A stretch of 53,156 nt of DNA from a virus. Lineage: Duplodnaviria > Caudoviricetes. Position numbers and translations under genes: made by a program. Shown here piece by piece: positions 25,634 to 35,752 of the stretch (within the stretch, counting starts at the first letter, position 1; every line of letters starts with the position of its first letter). The notes beneath the pieces are model-generated. The model saw only the letters and a program-made list of their open reading frames with translations, ran no database searches and had not been told where the DNA came from. Location: the IMG/VR virus record IMGVR_UViG_3300035701_000044, positions 1 to 53,156 of that record; one strand, written 5' to 3'.

Positions 25634-27370
25634 TCATGAAGTGCATTCTTTTCCGTCGTTCTGCTCGTCCGCCGGTTCCAAATCGGGGCCTATTCCCTTG
25701 GGTGTTTCTTCGACTACTGCAGGTGCTTCAGGAGACAGTTCCAGGTTGGCCAGCAAGTCGATTTCACGTTGGACCGCCGAAATTCCGGAGTCGATGGAAG
25801 CCGCCGCGGCGTTGTAGGTTGCCACTGTGGCGCTTTCCATGGCAGAACCGGAGCTAAAAAATAGGAAGTCGAGCATGTTCTTGAAGGCTGTCAGCTTCCC
25901 AGCTGTCGCTGATCCAGCCATGAGAACGAACCCAGTGACCACTTCGCTTCCCTGGTCGAAGGGTGGGCGATTGGGGTCAGCAGTATTGTTTAGCGCCTTC
26001 CCCAGTTCGTTGATGAAGAAGTTGTTGCCGCCCTTCCCCGCGAATGCGTAGGCGCCAATATAGACGTCGGGAGGAAAAGTGAGCAGGTCGATGAGCTCTT
26101 GTAGAAGACTTAGGAATTCCCGAGCGAGCGCGATGTAGCGGTCTATCTCCCTGCCTAGCGCCTCGATGTACTTCTTGTACTTGGACGCCGAATCGTCCAG
26201 GCGTTTTTCCAAGTTGTCGAGGAATAGATTGATCTCGGCAACCAAGTCTTCGATCCCGGGAATGAGAGACAGAGGGCTAGGAAGCATCATCCAGTCAGGC
26301 GGCACGCCCTTCCGGGGCATCGTGTTGAACTTGGGCGGGATGTAGATGTGGGTGACGGGCAAGAAGAATGAGACGTACTCTATGGGTGGGTTGTCACCCT
26401 CAACGCTTTCGGTCTGGTACCCCACTGCGTAATAGTAGGTCTTGTCGAGAGCGATGGAGTCGTCGTAGAACTCGTTGGTCCAGCCATCGTAATCGAACTC
26501 TGCCAGGAGTCCGACATTTTCGTCCTGCTCGAGTTGAGTGTAGGTCGCCGAGGGCAGAATGGGGGATTCAGATCGGAAGATTGAAACCTTCTTGATGGTC
26601 ACGGTGACTGGCTCGCTGAAATTCTGTATCACAGTTTGGCGGTCGTCCCGGTTCCATTGCAGCCGTACTCCGCAGATGTGCTCTCCGCTATCACCGGTCA
26701 CGCGGTTCGTGAGCTTACGAAGGCTGGTGACGGCGGCGGGAACCAGGGTTGCGCGAAGACCCTTGGGGCGGGGGAAATTGAAGTCCATCATCCCTTCGCC
26801 CGCTCCGGAGTTTTTGTTTCCTGAGAAGAGCTTGACGAACTTTTCGACGAGCGGCAGAAGGTCCAAGTAGGTGCTGGAACCTGCCAGCACTACCAGCCCG
26901 GCGACGTGAGCGTCTTTGTCGAGCTGGGGGCGAAGGACATCTCCCCGGTCGTTGAGGGAGTCTACGATGGCTTTCATGAAACCATAGTTGCCGCCTGAAC
27001 CTCCGGTTATCGGTGGGAGCATCAGCTCAGGAATGGACGACCAATCTTCTGGCTGGGGCTCGTATAGGATGGCTTCTTCAGGTATCACATTTACGATTTG
27101 GATGGGAACGGCCAGGAAGAAGCATCCGGAAGTGTCGGTCAGATCCTTCAGGATGGCACGGATGGCTTCGATGGCGCCCTTGAGAGCAGCCGTTTCGATA
27201 TCCGGGATGCTGACGAGGAAGTTTTTCACGATATCGAGAACAGCCTTCACTACGCTCAGAAGGGTGCTCATCGTCTGAACAATGGAGGTTGCGCCCTCGT
27301 TGACACCTTGCAGTGCTTGGATGGCGCTGCTGTCGGCGATGTCCAATTTTCCCCAGCCGCTGGTGCTCAT
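25634..27370 (-). CDS. Putative baseplate-associated protein with FN3-like central domain
   Basis: Downstream of spike; RLQW...FYDD....YYYAV FN3-like pattern; duplicated LNDxxDxxRP/F..G.V..AG segments. Confidence 0.6.
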   Translation of the reverse strand: MSTSGWGKLDIADSSAIQALQGVNEGATSIVQTMSTLLSVVKAVLDIVKNFLVSIPDIETAALKGAIEAIRAILKDLTDTSGCFFLAVPIQIVNVIPEEAILYEPQPEDWSSIPELMLPPITGGSGGNYGFMKAIVDSLNDRGDVLRPQLDKDAHVAGLVVLAGSSTYLDLLPLVEKFVKLFSGNKNSGAGEGMMDFNFPRPKGLRATLVPAAVTSLRKLTNRVTGDSGEHICGVRLQWNRDDRQTVIQNFSEPVTVTIKKVSIFRSESPILPSATYTQLEQDENVGLLAEFDYDGWTNEFYDDSIALDKTYYYAVGYQTESVEGDNPPIEYVSFFLPVTHIYIPPKFNTMPRKGVPPDWMMLPSPLSLIPGIEDLVAEINLFLDNLEKRLDDSASKYKKYIEALGREIDRYIALAREFLSLLQELIDLLTFPPDVYIGAYAFAGKGGNNFFINELGKALNNTADPNRPPFDQGSEVVTGFVLMAGSATAGKLTAFKNMLDFLFFSSGSAMESATVATYNAAAASIDSGISAVQREIDLLANLELSPEAPAVVEETPKGIGPDLEPADEQNDGKECTS

Positions 27371-27543
27371 TTCGGTTTCTCCTGGGGAGCCTGGCGTGAA
27401 GCTTGGAGCATGACTCCCTGCTGCTTCGCGCGGTCGCATTGCTGCCTTACCTTGAGTTCAACTATTTTGCTGTGGAGCTTGGCCAGCTTGGTCAGCAACT
27501 CGGCGAGCCCTACTTTTCTGATGTTGGACCAGGCCATGGTCAT
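27367..27543 (-). CDS. 58-aa protein (not in ORF track)
   Basis: ATGA overlaps at both ends; MTMAWSNIRKVGLAELLTKL... Confidence 0.65.
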   Translation of the reverse strand: MTMAWSNIRKVGLAELLTKLAKLHSKIVELKVRQQCDRAKQQGVMLQASRQAPQEKPK

Positions 27544-29015
27544 AGCCCCACGAGTACGCGCTTCGAGGGAATAAGTTCGAGAGTGGGAGTCAGCATCGCG
27601 TCAGGGGTTCCCAGGGGGAGTGTGGACGGCCCCGAGGGTCCTACGCCGGTTGGGTGAACATGCGCTGTCAGCCACTTGATGAGGTTTTGGAGGAACACCT
27701 GGAGTCCGAGTTCCCATTTGACGGTGTGGAAAGTAGCGATGCCAGCGCTTGCTCCAAGAAGAACGCTGTCCGGAAGAATGTTGTTGGCTATGATTTTTCC
27801 TGCCAGAGACCCCAGAACGATGTCACCTTTGGGTGCGTACGTGTTCATCTGGATACCGCTCAGAGCTGTTCCGAGATCGGTTCCTGGGAAGCCAACGTCG
27901 ATGACAAGCGAGCCGTTCGAGAACATCCACTTGGCCGCGGCAGCCGTTGGCACTGCGGGGACGGCTCCTGAGACGGTCATGTTCATGTTTCGTCCGACTG
28001 ACATATCCCAGTTCCGATTCACAAAATCGGTGCGGTCGTTCATGACCTGTGACAGCAGGTTCTGGCTGATGGCGGATTCAACACTACCAGCGATAGATTC
28101 GATTCGGTCGCCCACGACGTTCAGAGACTCGTTGCCACGTACGTCGATGGCGCGGTTTCCCCCAATCGTTTCTACCCAATCTTCTTTACAATCCAGGAGG
28201 GTAGGCCCCGTCAAAGACTTCGTGACAGCGCCGGCCGGAGAGATGCTTTCTCGGTAAACCACAGTTCCTCGCCGGTCAGTGATCTGGTAGTCGACCAGTC
28301 CCTCTGCTTCTCCACCCATTCGGAAAGTCAGGGGCCAGTTTTCTTTGCCCGAACCGGTCTCGGTCATTTGGTCGGTGCCGAGCTGCAGTAGGAGCGATTG
28401 TGTTCCACCGTAGTCCTTGCTGATTAGGTTCATCCCGCCTGTTCGCAGGTTGAGGTTGCGCCCTGCGATGTTCAAGGTGTCGTCCTCAAGGGTGGCTATG
28501 ACGTGCGACCAGGGGCCGGCGTACAGGCCCACTATGCCCTGATCGAATAGTCCGATGAACTGCCCCTGGTTGCCCAGGTGGAGCCAGTCGCCTGGCTGAA
28601 GCCCCGTGGGGAGCGCCCCCAGGTAAGCCGCGGTCGAAGATTTGGGTGAGGCTGCCCCCTGACCACTCAAGCCAAGAAGCACGGGAGAAGTCAGGCGGGA
28701 AGCCGTATTGCTCATTGAGATGGGCTGGTAGCCTGTGATGAAGGGGGTGCCCAAGCCGCGTGCAATGAAGACCTGCATCCCAGGGCGGGGGACTTCAACG
28801 TGCCCCCCAGAGCCCTGGGGGTCTTGCATGATGTTGGGGAACGCTACCCCGGACAGCATACCTCGAGTCTCTGTTGCAACGTCGCACGTGAGGGTGTTGG
28901 GGTTGACGGCTACGATGGTGCCCCGTTCGAGCCACTGGGTGTCGTAGCCTTCTTCACAAGGATTGCCGGTTCGGAGTGCTCGGGAACCGGGGGTTATGGG
29001 GTTCTGGCGTCCCAT
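27540..29015 (-). CDS. Baseplate central spike (gp5/gpV/VgrG-like)
   Basis: N-terminal OB-fold-like region, 8-aa beta-helix repeats (ETIGGNRA, IDVRGNES, LNVVGDRI), C-terminal HVH...GPSGP tip motif. Confidence 0.8.
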   Translation of the reverse strand: MGRQNPITPGSRALRTGNPCEEGYDTQWLERGTIVAVNPNTLTCDVATETRGMLSGVAFPNIMQDPQGSGGHVEVPRPGMQVFIARGLGTPFITGYQPISMSNTASRLTSPVLLGLSGQGAASPKSSTAAYLGALPTGLQPGDWLHLGNQGQFIGLFDQGIVGLYAGPWSHVIATLEDDTLNIAGRNLNLRTGGMNLISKDYGGTQSLLLQLGTDQMTETGSGKENWPLTFRMGGEAEGLVDYQITDRRGTVVYRESISPAGAVTKSLTGPTLLDCKEDWVETIGGNRAIDVRGNESLNVVGDRIESIAGSVESAISQNLLSQVMNDRTDFVNRNWDMSVGRNMNMTVSGAVPAVPTAAAAKWMFSNGSLVIDVGFPGTDLGTALSGIQMNTYAPKGDIVLGSLAGKIIANNILPDSVLLGASAGIATFHTVKWELGLQVFLQNLIKWLTAHVHPTGVGPSGPSTLPLGTPDAMLTPTLELIPSKRVLVGL

Positions 29016-29022
29016 GCAGAGA

Positions 29023-29031
29023 AATTATAGG
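29023..29031 (-). promoter_or_regulatory. -10 box (CCTATAATT) of spike gene, near-leaderless
   Basis: TATAAT with CC flank 8 nt before ATG 29015; -35 not evident. Confidence 0.55.
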
Positions 29032-29066
29032 ACACCGGAACGAGAACTTCTAGGTTTTTCGTGGGA

Positions 29067-29852
29067 CTAGAAGCCGGCCAGGTTCTGAGTGGTGACGGTG
29101 GCCTCATCGTCGAAGATGGCGTCGTACAACTTGCCACCCTGCTCGGCTACCCCATCTTCTGCTGGCGTGTATGTGCCGCTGGCATACTCGTTTGTCTTCC
29201 CGAGACCACGGGTCGAAATAGGGCGCAGCCGGTCGCACATGAGGTTCACGTTTTCGAGAATCATGTTCTGACCGGCGCCAACGGCGATGGCCCAGGTGTT
29301 GATCATGCAGAGTTCCATGTAGAACGCACCGAGTTCGTCGTGGATTTTATCTCGGAAGAGGACCGCCATCCCGAACGGGATCAGGAATAGCTCGGAGTCC
29401 AGGTTGGCGAAAAACTGGTTCCCTTTTCCGACCGCGGCGATGTCGTCGAATCTGCTGACGTCGATGCCGGCTTGGACGACGTTGGTGTACAGCACTCGTA
29501 GCAGGTTTCGGCCGTTCACGAAGAGCCGGGCGATGGACGCCGCGATCTGTGCCTTGCCGCTGACGAAGAACAAGCGTCCGGAGCCGATGGCTTGCATCGG
29601 AGTCGTCGGCTTGGTCTGGGTCACTTGCATCTGCTGAACCATGCCGATGGGCAGCATCTTGGCGAGTGGAACCAACCCCTTCTTTGTGATGGCTCGGGGT
29701 GGCCCCGCCAGGATCAGCGTGTCGTCAGGGTGAGCCGCCGTCAGGGCGTTGTGGTCCATCAAGCGCTCAATGTAGCGCTTCTGGAACATCCATTCCTCCG
29801 AGGCAGCTCCGCTCGTTACCCAAGGGTCTTGGATGGGGGCATTGTCAGACAT
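29067..29852 (-). CDS. Tail tube protein
   Basis: PIGMVQQMQVTQ...AIGSGR...FYMELCMI.....ENV tube-like pattern; downstream of sheath; AAGGAG SD. Confidence 0.7.
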   Translation of the reverse strand: MSDNAPIQDPWVTSGAASEEWMFQKRYIERLMDHNALTAAHPDDTLILAGPPRAITKKGLVPLAKMLPIGMVQQMQVTQTKPTTPMQAIGSGRLFFVSGKAQIAASIARLFVNGRNLLRVLYTNVVQAGIDVSRFDDIAAVGKGNQFFANLDSELFLIPFGMAVLFRDKIHDELGAFYMELCMINTWAIAVGAGQNMILENVNLMCDRLRPISTRGLGKTNEYASGTYTPAEDGVAEQGGKLYDAIFDDEATVTTQNLAGF

Positions 29853-29879
29853 TGTCGCACTCCTTACTGAAAAGAGCGG

Positions 29880-30191
29880 TTACTCCGCCGGAGTCTGGTA
29901 GTACGCCATGTGCTGCGCTACCTCGGGCGGAAGTCCCTGCGTCAACATTTCCTGAAGCGCGCTCGGTGGCGTCGTCATCAGGCTTTCGCGAATCTTGTCA
30001 GCGGTCGATGCAATCTCATCTGTCTTGACGCTCTCCATGATGGCAGCGCCCAGAGCTATGCCGCCAAGCCCAGGGATGAGGTACTTCAGAATCTCACCGG
30101 TACCGGCTTCTTTCTCGATGGCAGCTTCGTGGGCCGCTTCAACGCGCCCCAGATCGGCTGCCATCTTCAGAAGAAGTTCGGTCCGGGGCAT
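29880..30191 (-). CDS. Leader-bearing small protein with Gly-rich hydrophobic segment
   Basis: LLKMAADLGRVEAAHEAAIEKEA then PGLGGIALGAA. Confidence 0.65.
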   Translation of the reverse strand: MPRTELLLKMAADLGRVEAAHEAAIEKEAGTGEILKYLIPGLGGIALGAAIMESVKTDEIASTADKIRESLMTTPPSALQEMLTQGLPPEVAQHMAYYQTPAE

Positions 30192-30192
30192 C

Positions 30193-30654
30193 TCAATCTC
30201 CAAACGCTTTCGGGTATAGCTTCTTGGCGGTCAAGTAACCGCCGCCGCCTAGAGCACCGAGTCCGCCCACGGTGGCGTAGGGGGCGAGTGACTTCAGCAG
30301 CTCTCTCTTGGTCGCTTCATAGGGGGTCTTCTGCAGCGCTGGCTCCAGCATTTTGATGGCTTCGAAGAGCTTTTCCTTTTTCGCAGTACCCTCAGCGACA
30401 CCGCGCACGTGGCTGAGGGCCGATTCGACAAGACTTCTATCGATTGGTCCAGCGGACGTTGTTCCTGCCTTGGCTGCTTCGGGTAACTTTGCCAGGGCCG
30501 TTCGCACTTTGGCGCCGGTGAAGAAGTCCTTGAGGTGTGAACCGGCACGCTGCCCCAAGTGCTTAGCACCTTCCCACGCTGGGCCGGCTTCCTTGACCAG
30601 GCCGACTTCAGCCAGGGCCATCTGCACACCGAAGTTGTAGGCCTCGTGAGCCAT
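30193..30654 (-). CDS. Leader-bearing protein with C-terminal glycine zipper
   Basis: MAHEAYNFGVQMALAEVGLVKEA; GGLGALGGGG. Confidence 0.8.
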   Translation of the reverse strand: MAHEAYNFGVQMALAEVGLVKEAGPAWEGAKHLGQRAGSHLKDFFTGAKVRTALAKLPEAAKAGTTSAGPIDRSLVESALSHVRGVAEGTAKKEKLFEAIKMLEPALQKTPYEATKRELLKSLAPYATVGGLGALGGGGYLTAKKLYPKAFGD

Positions 30655-30664
30655 CCGCGGTCCT

Positions 30665-33559
30665 CTAAGCCTTCAGGTGCAGGCCAATCTTGTTGAGGAC
30701 GTTCGGCATGTCGATTTCCATGTAGACTTCGACCATGTCGGACTCGGTCTGTTCGACGAGGCCGATGACGGCGTCGAGCAGTGGGGGACCGATCTTCGCG
30801 AACGAGCGCGCCCGAAGGAACTTCGACCGGCTTTCCAGTGAGGCTACGATGCTCGTGATGGTTTCCGGCATGATGTTGTACCGGCCCAGGAACTCCTGGA
30901 GGACGACCTTGTAGGAGTTGGCGATGTAGTCGAAGTTCTTGACGTGCATCAGCTCGCCGAACTCGTAGGCGCTGACGTCGGTGGTGACTTCGTGAATGGT
31001 GTACGGCAAGCTGGACTCACCGTCCTGCACGAACACGTACCATCCGCCGTTGCGCAGGGCGGTCAGCTGGTCGTCGTTGAAGTAGAAGTTCGAGTTGAAC
31101 AGCTGCGCGATGCCGCCGATGCCGATGTAGGTGAAGCCCTGCTGGGAGGGCAATCCGGCGACGAGGCCGCCTACGGCGCAGGCCAGGTACTGGCCCTTCT
31201 GGTGGCTGCGGACGCCGGTCAGGTTGTTCATGATCTCGGTCGGCAGCAGCACCTCGTTCGGCCACACCATGACACAGCGCATGTTCTTCACGCTGGTCGT
31301 GATGGTGTTGAGCTCCGTGACCTGAGCGGCCTTGTCCAGGGTGATGGCGATGCGGTAGTGGCAGTTCCCCGAGAAGCCCGCGATGAAGGCGTTCGGCCCC
31401 AGTTCTTCGAGCGTCTCGAGATCTGCCCCCAGCAATTCGTTGCTGATGACGGTGTCGATGGGCCAAGCGGTCTTGGCGGTGTCCCACAGGGTCGGATCGG
31501 TGTTCGCCGGGTATGGGATCTCGATGAGCTCACCCGGTAGAACGGTGGTGAGGAACGTGGCGGTGTTGTCCCGCAGCCGGGTTAGCCGCTTGCGGGTGGT
31601 AATGCCTGCAACGCCGTGCGCTGCCTTCATGTGGAAGACGGCGACGTTTGTGATGTCGGACCCGGGGTCCACGAGCTTGTAGGTGCCATCGTAGGCCACG
31701 GTGATGCTGTTGACGTCGGCGGCAGTGACGACCCACATGCCGCGACTGGCAGTTGTGCCGTCCGTCGAAGGTGTGACGACTGCGAGGTCGCCCACAGCGA
31801 CGCCGGCGAACGCAGCGGCCTTGGTGAGGGTGTGGTCATTCGTCCAGGTGGCGCTAGTGACGCCAACCACGGGGCGGTAGACCCTGACGTTCATGGAGCC
31901 AGAGTTGGCATCGGCACCGTAGGCCAGGTTGATCTTCACCGAATCGGCGGTCTTCGACAGTACCAGGAAGCCGTCGTTGTGTGCCGCCGTTGCGCCGCCG
32001 GTTACCTGGGCGACGTCTCCTGCCTGAACGGTTGAAAACGCGCCGCTGCCGGCCTTCGTGATGGTCGTGGAGGCTCCGGCGTCGCTGCTGGTCCAGTTGC
32101 AGGCGTCGGCCGACGCCACGACGGTTCCACCTTCGGCTTGCAGGATGGCTTCGCGAATGAAGTAGTCGCAGCGCTCGGCACCGGAGGTGGCTCCGGCGAA
32201 TACGGCGGAGGTGCGCAGGCGCTTTTCGCCCATGGCGCCCAACAGAGCCTTGGCGGCGTACGCCGGGGTCTGTTCCGTGAAGAGGTTCTTGCCGTTGGCG
32301 GCGGTCAGGATTGCCGGGGTGCCGTCGGCATGCGTGATGTCGAGCAGATGGCTTGAGCCGATGCCCTTGGTCACGAATTCGGCGCTGGCGTGCGGGTCGA
32401 CGAAGACGTCGATGCCGTCAGTCGGGCCTGCTTCGGTGGAGCCCACCAGACTCGGCGGAGCCGAGCTCTTCTCGGAGGGCAGGATGTCGTAGGAGCCGAT
32501 GACGATGCGGAACTTCGACTTCGCGGGATCGGCGAAAGCGACGCAGTGAGTCTTCCACAGGGCGATGACGCTGACCCAGTCGGCGCCGCTGAGCGAATCG
32601 GTCAGCGGTACGAGGGCGTAGATGTCCTCGCGGGTGGTCATCCGGTCCCGGGCGCTGGTCTGCCCTGCCAGGGTGTCGGCTCCGACGCCGAAGACCTGAA
32701 TCGGAGTGTTGGTGTTCGCAAACGTGGTCTGGGCGCCTACAGCGAGCGGATTCCGCTCGTCGACGGTGCCCAGAAGCGCCTCGATGGCGTCGGTGTTGTC
32801 GAGGACCTTCACATCCTGCAGGTCGGTCCGCAGTTCACGGTAGCCGATATACATCTGGGCGTAGTTCACCTTCCAGGTGAGGCTCTCGTACGCCAGGACG
32901 ACGGATGTCGGTGTGGTGTTGAGGTTGATGACGTTGCCCACTACGGTGACGTAGGTGGCCATGTCGATACGCTGGTCGGACAGCGCGTGCTCCACGCGCC
33001 ACCGGATGGTGCCAACGCCAAGGTCGTCAGCGGTTTTGTTGGTGCTGGTGAGTTCGAGGGTTGTGGCGCCAGTCGGTGTGGTCTTGACGTACTTCACCAC
33101 GGTCTTGGACAGGTCGGCCTTGGTGAGCACGATGCGATCGCCGGCCTTCACTTTTTTGTTGACGAAGTCTCCGCTAGCCGAGGTGAACTCGTTGGTATCG
33201 AGCACCATGGCGCCGTCTGCTCCGTATTGGAGCTCGATCAGGACTTCGTTGAAAACGAAGTCGACGCTGTTTTCATCCAGGATTCCGCCCGCGGTGTGCC
33301 CGGGAGGGGTGCTCCAGGTCTTGAAGGTGATTCCCGCGTCTGGGCGCCCAGAACTCGTTCCGGTGGTGCCGCAGGGTGCGTCTTTGGTCAGACCGGTCTT
33401 GGTGAACTCACCCCCAGCGATGTCGGCGATGTCAGCCGGGTAGTCCTCGATGTGGTAGCATGGACCGACCAGGCAGCAGTTGAGGTCCGGGACTGCCGGG
33501 GCCACAACGACTTTGGCGAATTCCTGGTAAACGTACACGATGGGGCGAACGAATGGCAT
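30665..33559 (-). CDS. Contractile tail sheath protein with inserted domains
   Basis: RPIVYVYQEF start, YALVPLT, ACAVGGLVAG, QLTALRNGGW, ELMHVKNFDY; 964 aa. Confidence 0.85.
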   Translation of the reverse strand: MPFVRPIVYVYQEFAKVVVAPAVPDLNCCLVGPCYHIEDYPADIADIAGGEFTKTGLTKDAPCGTTGTSSGRPDAGITFKTWSTPPGHTAGGILDENSVDFVFNEVLIELQYGADGAMVLDTNEFTSASGDFVNKKVKAGDRIVLTKADLSKTVVKYVKTTPTGATTLELTSTNKTADDLGVGTIRWRVEHALSDQRIDMATYVTVVGNVINLNTTPTSVVLAYESLTWKVNYAQMYIGYRELRTDLQDVKVLDNTDAIEALLGTVDERNPLAVGAQTTFANTNTPIQVFGVGADTLAGQTSARDRMTTREDIYALVPLTDSLSGADWVSVIALWKTHCVAFADPAKSKFRIVIGSYDILPSEKSSAPPSLVGSTEAGPTDGIDVFVDPHASAEFVTKGIGSSHLLDITHADGTPAILTAANGKNLFTEQTPAYAAKALLGAMGEKRLRTSAVFAGATSGAERCDYFIREAILQAEGGTVVASADACNWTSSDAGASTTITKAGSGAFSTVQAGDVAQVTGGATAAHNDGFLVLSKTADSVKINLAYGADANSGSMNVRVYRPVVGVTSATWTNDHTLTKAAAFAGVAVGDLAVVTPSTDGTTASRGMWVVTAADVNSITVAYDGTYKLVDPGSDITNVAVFHMKAAHGVAGITTRKRLTRLRDNTATFLTTVLPGELIEIPYPANTDPTLWDTAKTAWPIDTVISNELLGADLETLEELGPNAFIAGFSGNCHYRIAITLDKAAQVTELNTITTSVKNMRCVMVWPNEVLLPTEIMNNLTGVRSHQKGQYLACAVGGLVAGLPSQQGFTYIGIGGIAQLFNSNFYFNDDQLTALRNGGWYVFVQDGESSLPYTIHEVTTDVSAYEFGELMHVKNFDYIANSYKVVLQEFLGRYNIMPETITSIVASLESRSKFLRARSFAKIGPPLLDAVIGLVEQTESDMVEVYMEIDMPNVLNKIGLHLKA

Positions 33560-33657
33560 GAGCGTTCTCCTTTAGGCAGATTCACACCCAACCAAGGTGT
33601 TGGAAGTTGCAGCGGTTACAGCCATTTTTTTCCTTGGCGACGTGGCATCTTGTCCAT

Positions 33658-33687
33658 AATAGTAGGCCAAATCCACTTACCTCACAA
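33658..33687 (-). promoter_or_regulatory. Sigma70-like promoter for sheath/tube operon
   Basis: TTGTGA-N17-TACTAT (CCTACTATT). Confidence 0.8.
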
Positions 33688-33691
33688 GCAG

Positions 33692-34363
33692 TTATCGGGG
33701 CAGCTCCGTGTGTAACGTGATGTCCCGGAAGTACTTTTCGGGGTCCGTTTTGTCGCCGATCTTTAGCAAAATGTCGCGCAGCATAGTGGCGATGGGCCGA
33801 GTTACCCAACGGTTTTCGTACTGAACTCGGAACATCACCGGCGACGTCCAGAGCTTGGTGTCCTTGTCGAAAGGTGTTGTTCTGTTCAGGACAATCGGGG
33901 TCATGCTCCGGAAGCTGAACACGGCCTGGATTTCGTCCGAGGACATCTGCAGAAAGTCCTGCACCAAGCTCCCCAGAATCATGCTTTCGCCGCGGGTCGT
34001 GGAGGTGCATTCGAGCATCATGTCGGTTTCGCCAATGCCGTAGTAGAGCTGCAAGCGCACGTTCTGGTAAACCGGCATCTGGTCCCGATCGCCGATGGAA
34101 ACTTGCTGGTAGATGTTCTGGTCGCGGTCTACCCAGATTCCTGGGCGAACGTTGCGGCTTTCTAGGTTTTCGTTCCAGCCACTTTCGATGAAGAGCCCAG
34201 TGTCCTTGAGGCTTGGAACCCAATGCCATTTCAGGGGCGGGTCGCTCGGGGTCGCGGGAGAGAATCGTTCACGCAGAATGGCAACGAAGACGCCGATGAT
34301 GACCAGCGACGTTGAAAAGTGAACGTTGGGGTTCGCAGAGTCTACAGGTTTCGGTATCGTCAC
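33692..34363 (-). CDS. Putative tail completion/terminator protein
   Basis: Position between neck genes and sheath; RPGIWVDR motif. Confidence 0.5.
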   Translation of the reverse strand: MTIPKPVDSANPNVHFSTSLVIIGVFVAILRERFSPATPSDPPLKWHWVPSLKDTGLFIESGWNENLESRNVRPGIWVDRDQNIYQQVSIGDRDQMPVYQNVRLQLYYGIGETDMMLECTSTTRGESMILGSLVQDFLQMSSDEIQAVFSFRSMTPIVLNRTTPFDKDTKLWTSPVMFRVQYENRWVTRPIATMLRDILLKIGDKTDPEKYFRDITLHTELPR

Positions 34364-34837
34364 CTAGTACTCCGGGTAGAAATTGTCGAGCCCCATGGCA
34401 CCGCGCATTCGGTTATCTGGCGTCATCCCATAGATTTCCGGAAGCAACCCCAGCGACGTTTCGCTCTCTGCCTGGTCGGCAATAGGTTGGGCTGCGGCTG
34501 ATCTGTGCTTGGCCGGGGCCTCTCGATTCAGCCACTTGGGCACTTGCGCGCCGGCGTACCCACCAACTCCTCCCCCAGCCAAACTGCCCAGCAGGGTACC
34601 GATGAGCTGGCCACGCTCGATCTTTTGTGGGTCGACTCCGCCGAAGAACCCCTTGTCGGAGAACGTTTCAGCAGCCCGGCCCCCGAGGTATTTACCAAGT
34701 AAACCTCCGCCGGCAGAACCAGCAAGGCCTCCGCCGATTCCTGATAGGCGTTGGGCCGCTGCCATTTGCTGGGGGGTTAGCCCCTCTTCTTCTTCGTAGG
34801 CCCGCTTCACTCCCAATTGAAATGCGACTTTCAGCAT
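34364..34837 (-). CDS. Leader-bearing glycine-zipper protein
   Basis: MLKVAFQLGVKRA; GGGLAGSAGGGLLGKYLG and GSLAGGGVGGYAG. Confidence 0.75.
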   Translation of the reverse strand: MLKVAFQLGVKRAYEEEEGLTPQQMAAAQRLSGIGGGLAGSAGGGLLGKYLGGRAAETFSDKGFFGGVDPQKIERGQLIGTLLGSLAGGGVGGYAGAQVPKWLNREAPAKHRSAAAQPIADQAESETSLGLLPEIYGMTPDNRMRGAMGLDNFYPEY

Positions 34838-34849
34838 GGTCGGCTCCTC

Positions 34850-35752
34850 TCACAGGGTCACTGGTATTTCGTATTCAATGGCTTGGCGCTCTAGCTCCGA
34901 AGCTGTCACTGTTTGATGCACAGTGACGGTCTTCAAGGATGTGTAGTAACGCTGCTTCACTAAAAATCGGTGATTGCGCGCCCGTTCAATGAGGAGGTCT
35001 CCCTCGTCAATTCGAGGAAAATCCAAGAACTCAATTCGCCGGATTCTGACGTCGTCTTTGGTCTGTGGGCTGAGGTCCGTTTGGATCTGGCTGGCGTGTT
35101 GCGATCCGCCCAGTATTGCCACGGGAGTGAAATAGCCTCCGGTCCAAGATGTTCCGTAGCAAACGGGGCAACGTGACCGGGTGACCTCGCGGGTTGCCGG
35201 GTCGTAGCAGTCTGGGCAGCGTACCCCGAAGTGACGGCGCTTCAGCAGCCAGAAGTCCATACCTGCTAGGCGGCGCAGCCGAACGTACTCATCCCGAAGT
35301 ATCTTCCGGCGGAGGAGCCGCAGGCGCCCAGGCTGTTTGTCGCGAGGCCGAACGCTCTCTCCCGTCAGGGGGTCAGGTTCGAATTGTGCGGGGTCGAGAA
35401 CCTGAAAGCCCATGACCGGGCGGGGTCCGATGGCTTCGGTTTCGGCTTGGCCGTCCAGGTTTGTGATGGCAGAGTAGATGGCGTTCAACACCCCACTTGG
35501 GGGGGTAACGCGGATGCGGTAGTAGATGTCACGGGCGAGCGAGAGGTCATTTGCCTCTTCCTGGTCCAACGGGTCGCTGTAGAGATACGTGTCGGCCAAG
35601 TTGGCAACGATGGTTGCCCACGGGCCACCTGGGGAACCGGAGCGTTCAACGTCGAAGTGGAAGACACCGCTTTCAGTGACCTCGTCGAGGTCCCACTGAA
35701 TTTGAACCCGCTTGGGAAACCAAGGGGTAACGCTGGTGATGAGCGCTTTCAA
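34850..35752 (-). CDS. Putative neck/head-closure protein with Zn ribbon
   Basis: N-terminal FN3-like region; RCPDC...CPVCYGT..GGYF; position in neck cluster. Confidence 0.55.
   Translation of the reverse strand: MKALITSVTPWFPKRVQIQWDLDEVTESGVFHFDVERSGSPGGPWATIVANLADTYLYSDPLDQEEANDLSLARDIYYRIRVTPPSGVLNAIYSAITNLDGQAETEAIGPRPVMGFQVLDPAQFEPDPLTGESVRPRDKQPGRLRLLRRKILRDEYVRLRRLAGMDFWLLKRRHFGVRCPDCYDPATREVTRSRCPVCYGTSWTGGYFTPVAILGGSQHASQIQTDLSPQTKDDVRIRRIEFLDFPRIDEGDLLIERARNHRFLVKQRYYTSLKTVTVHQTVTASELERQAIEYEIPVTL

Noticed and set aside
27540-33559. Sheath/tube/spike as a T6SS, eCIS or tailocin
   Set aside because: Co-located with capsid, scaffold, protease, neck and endolysin genes, so a complete phage explains it.
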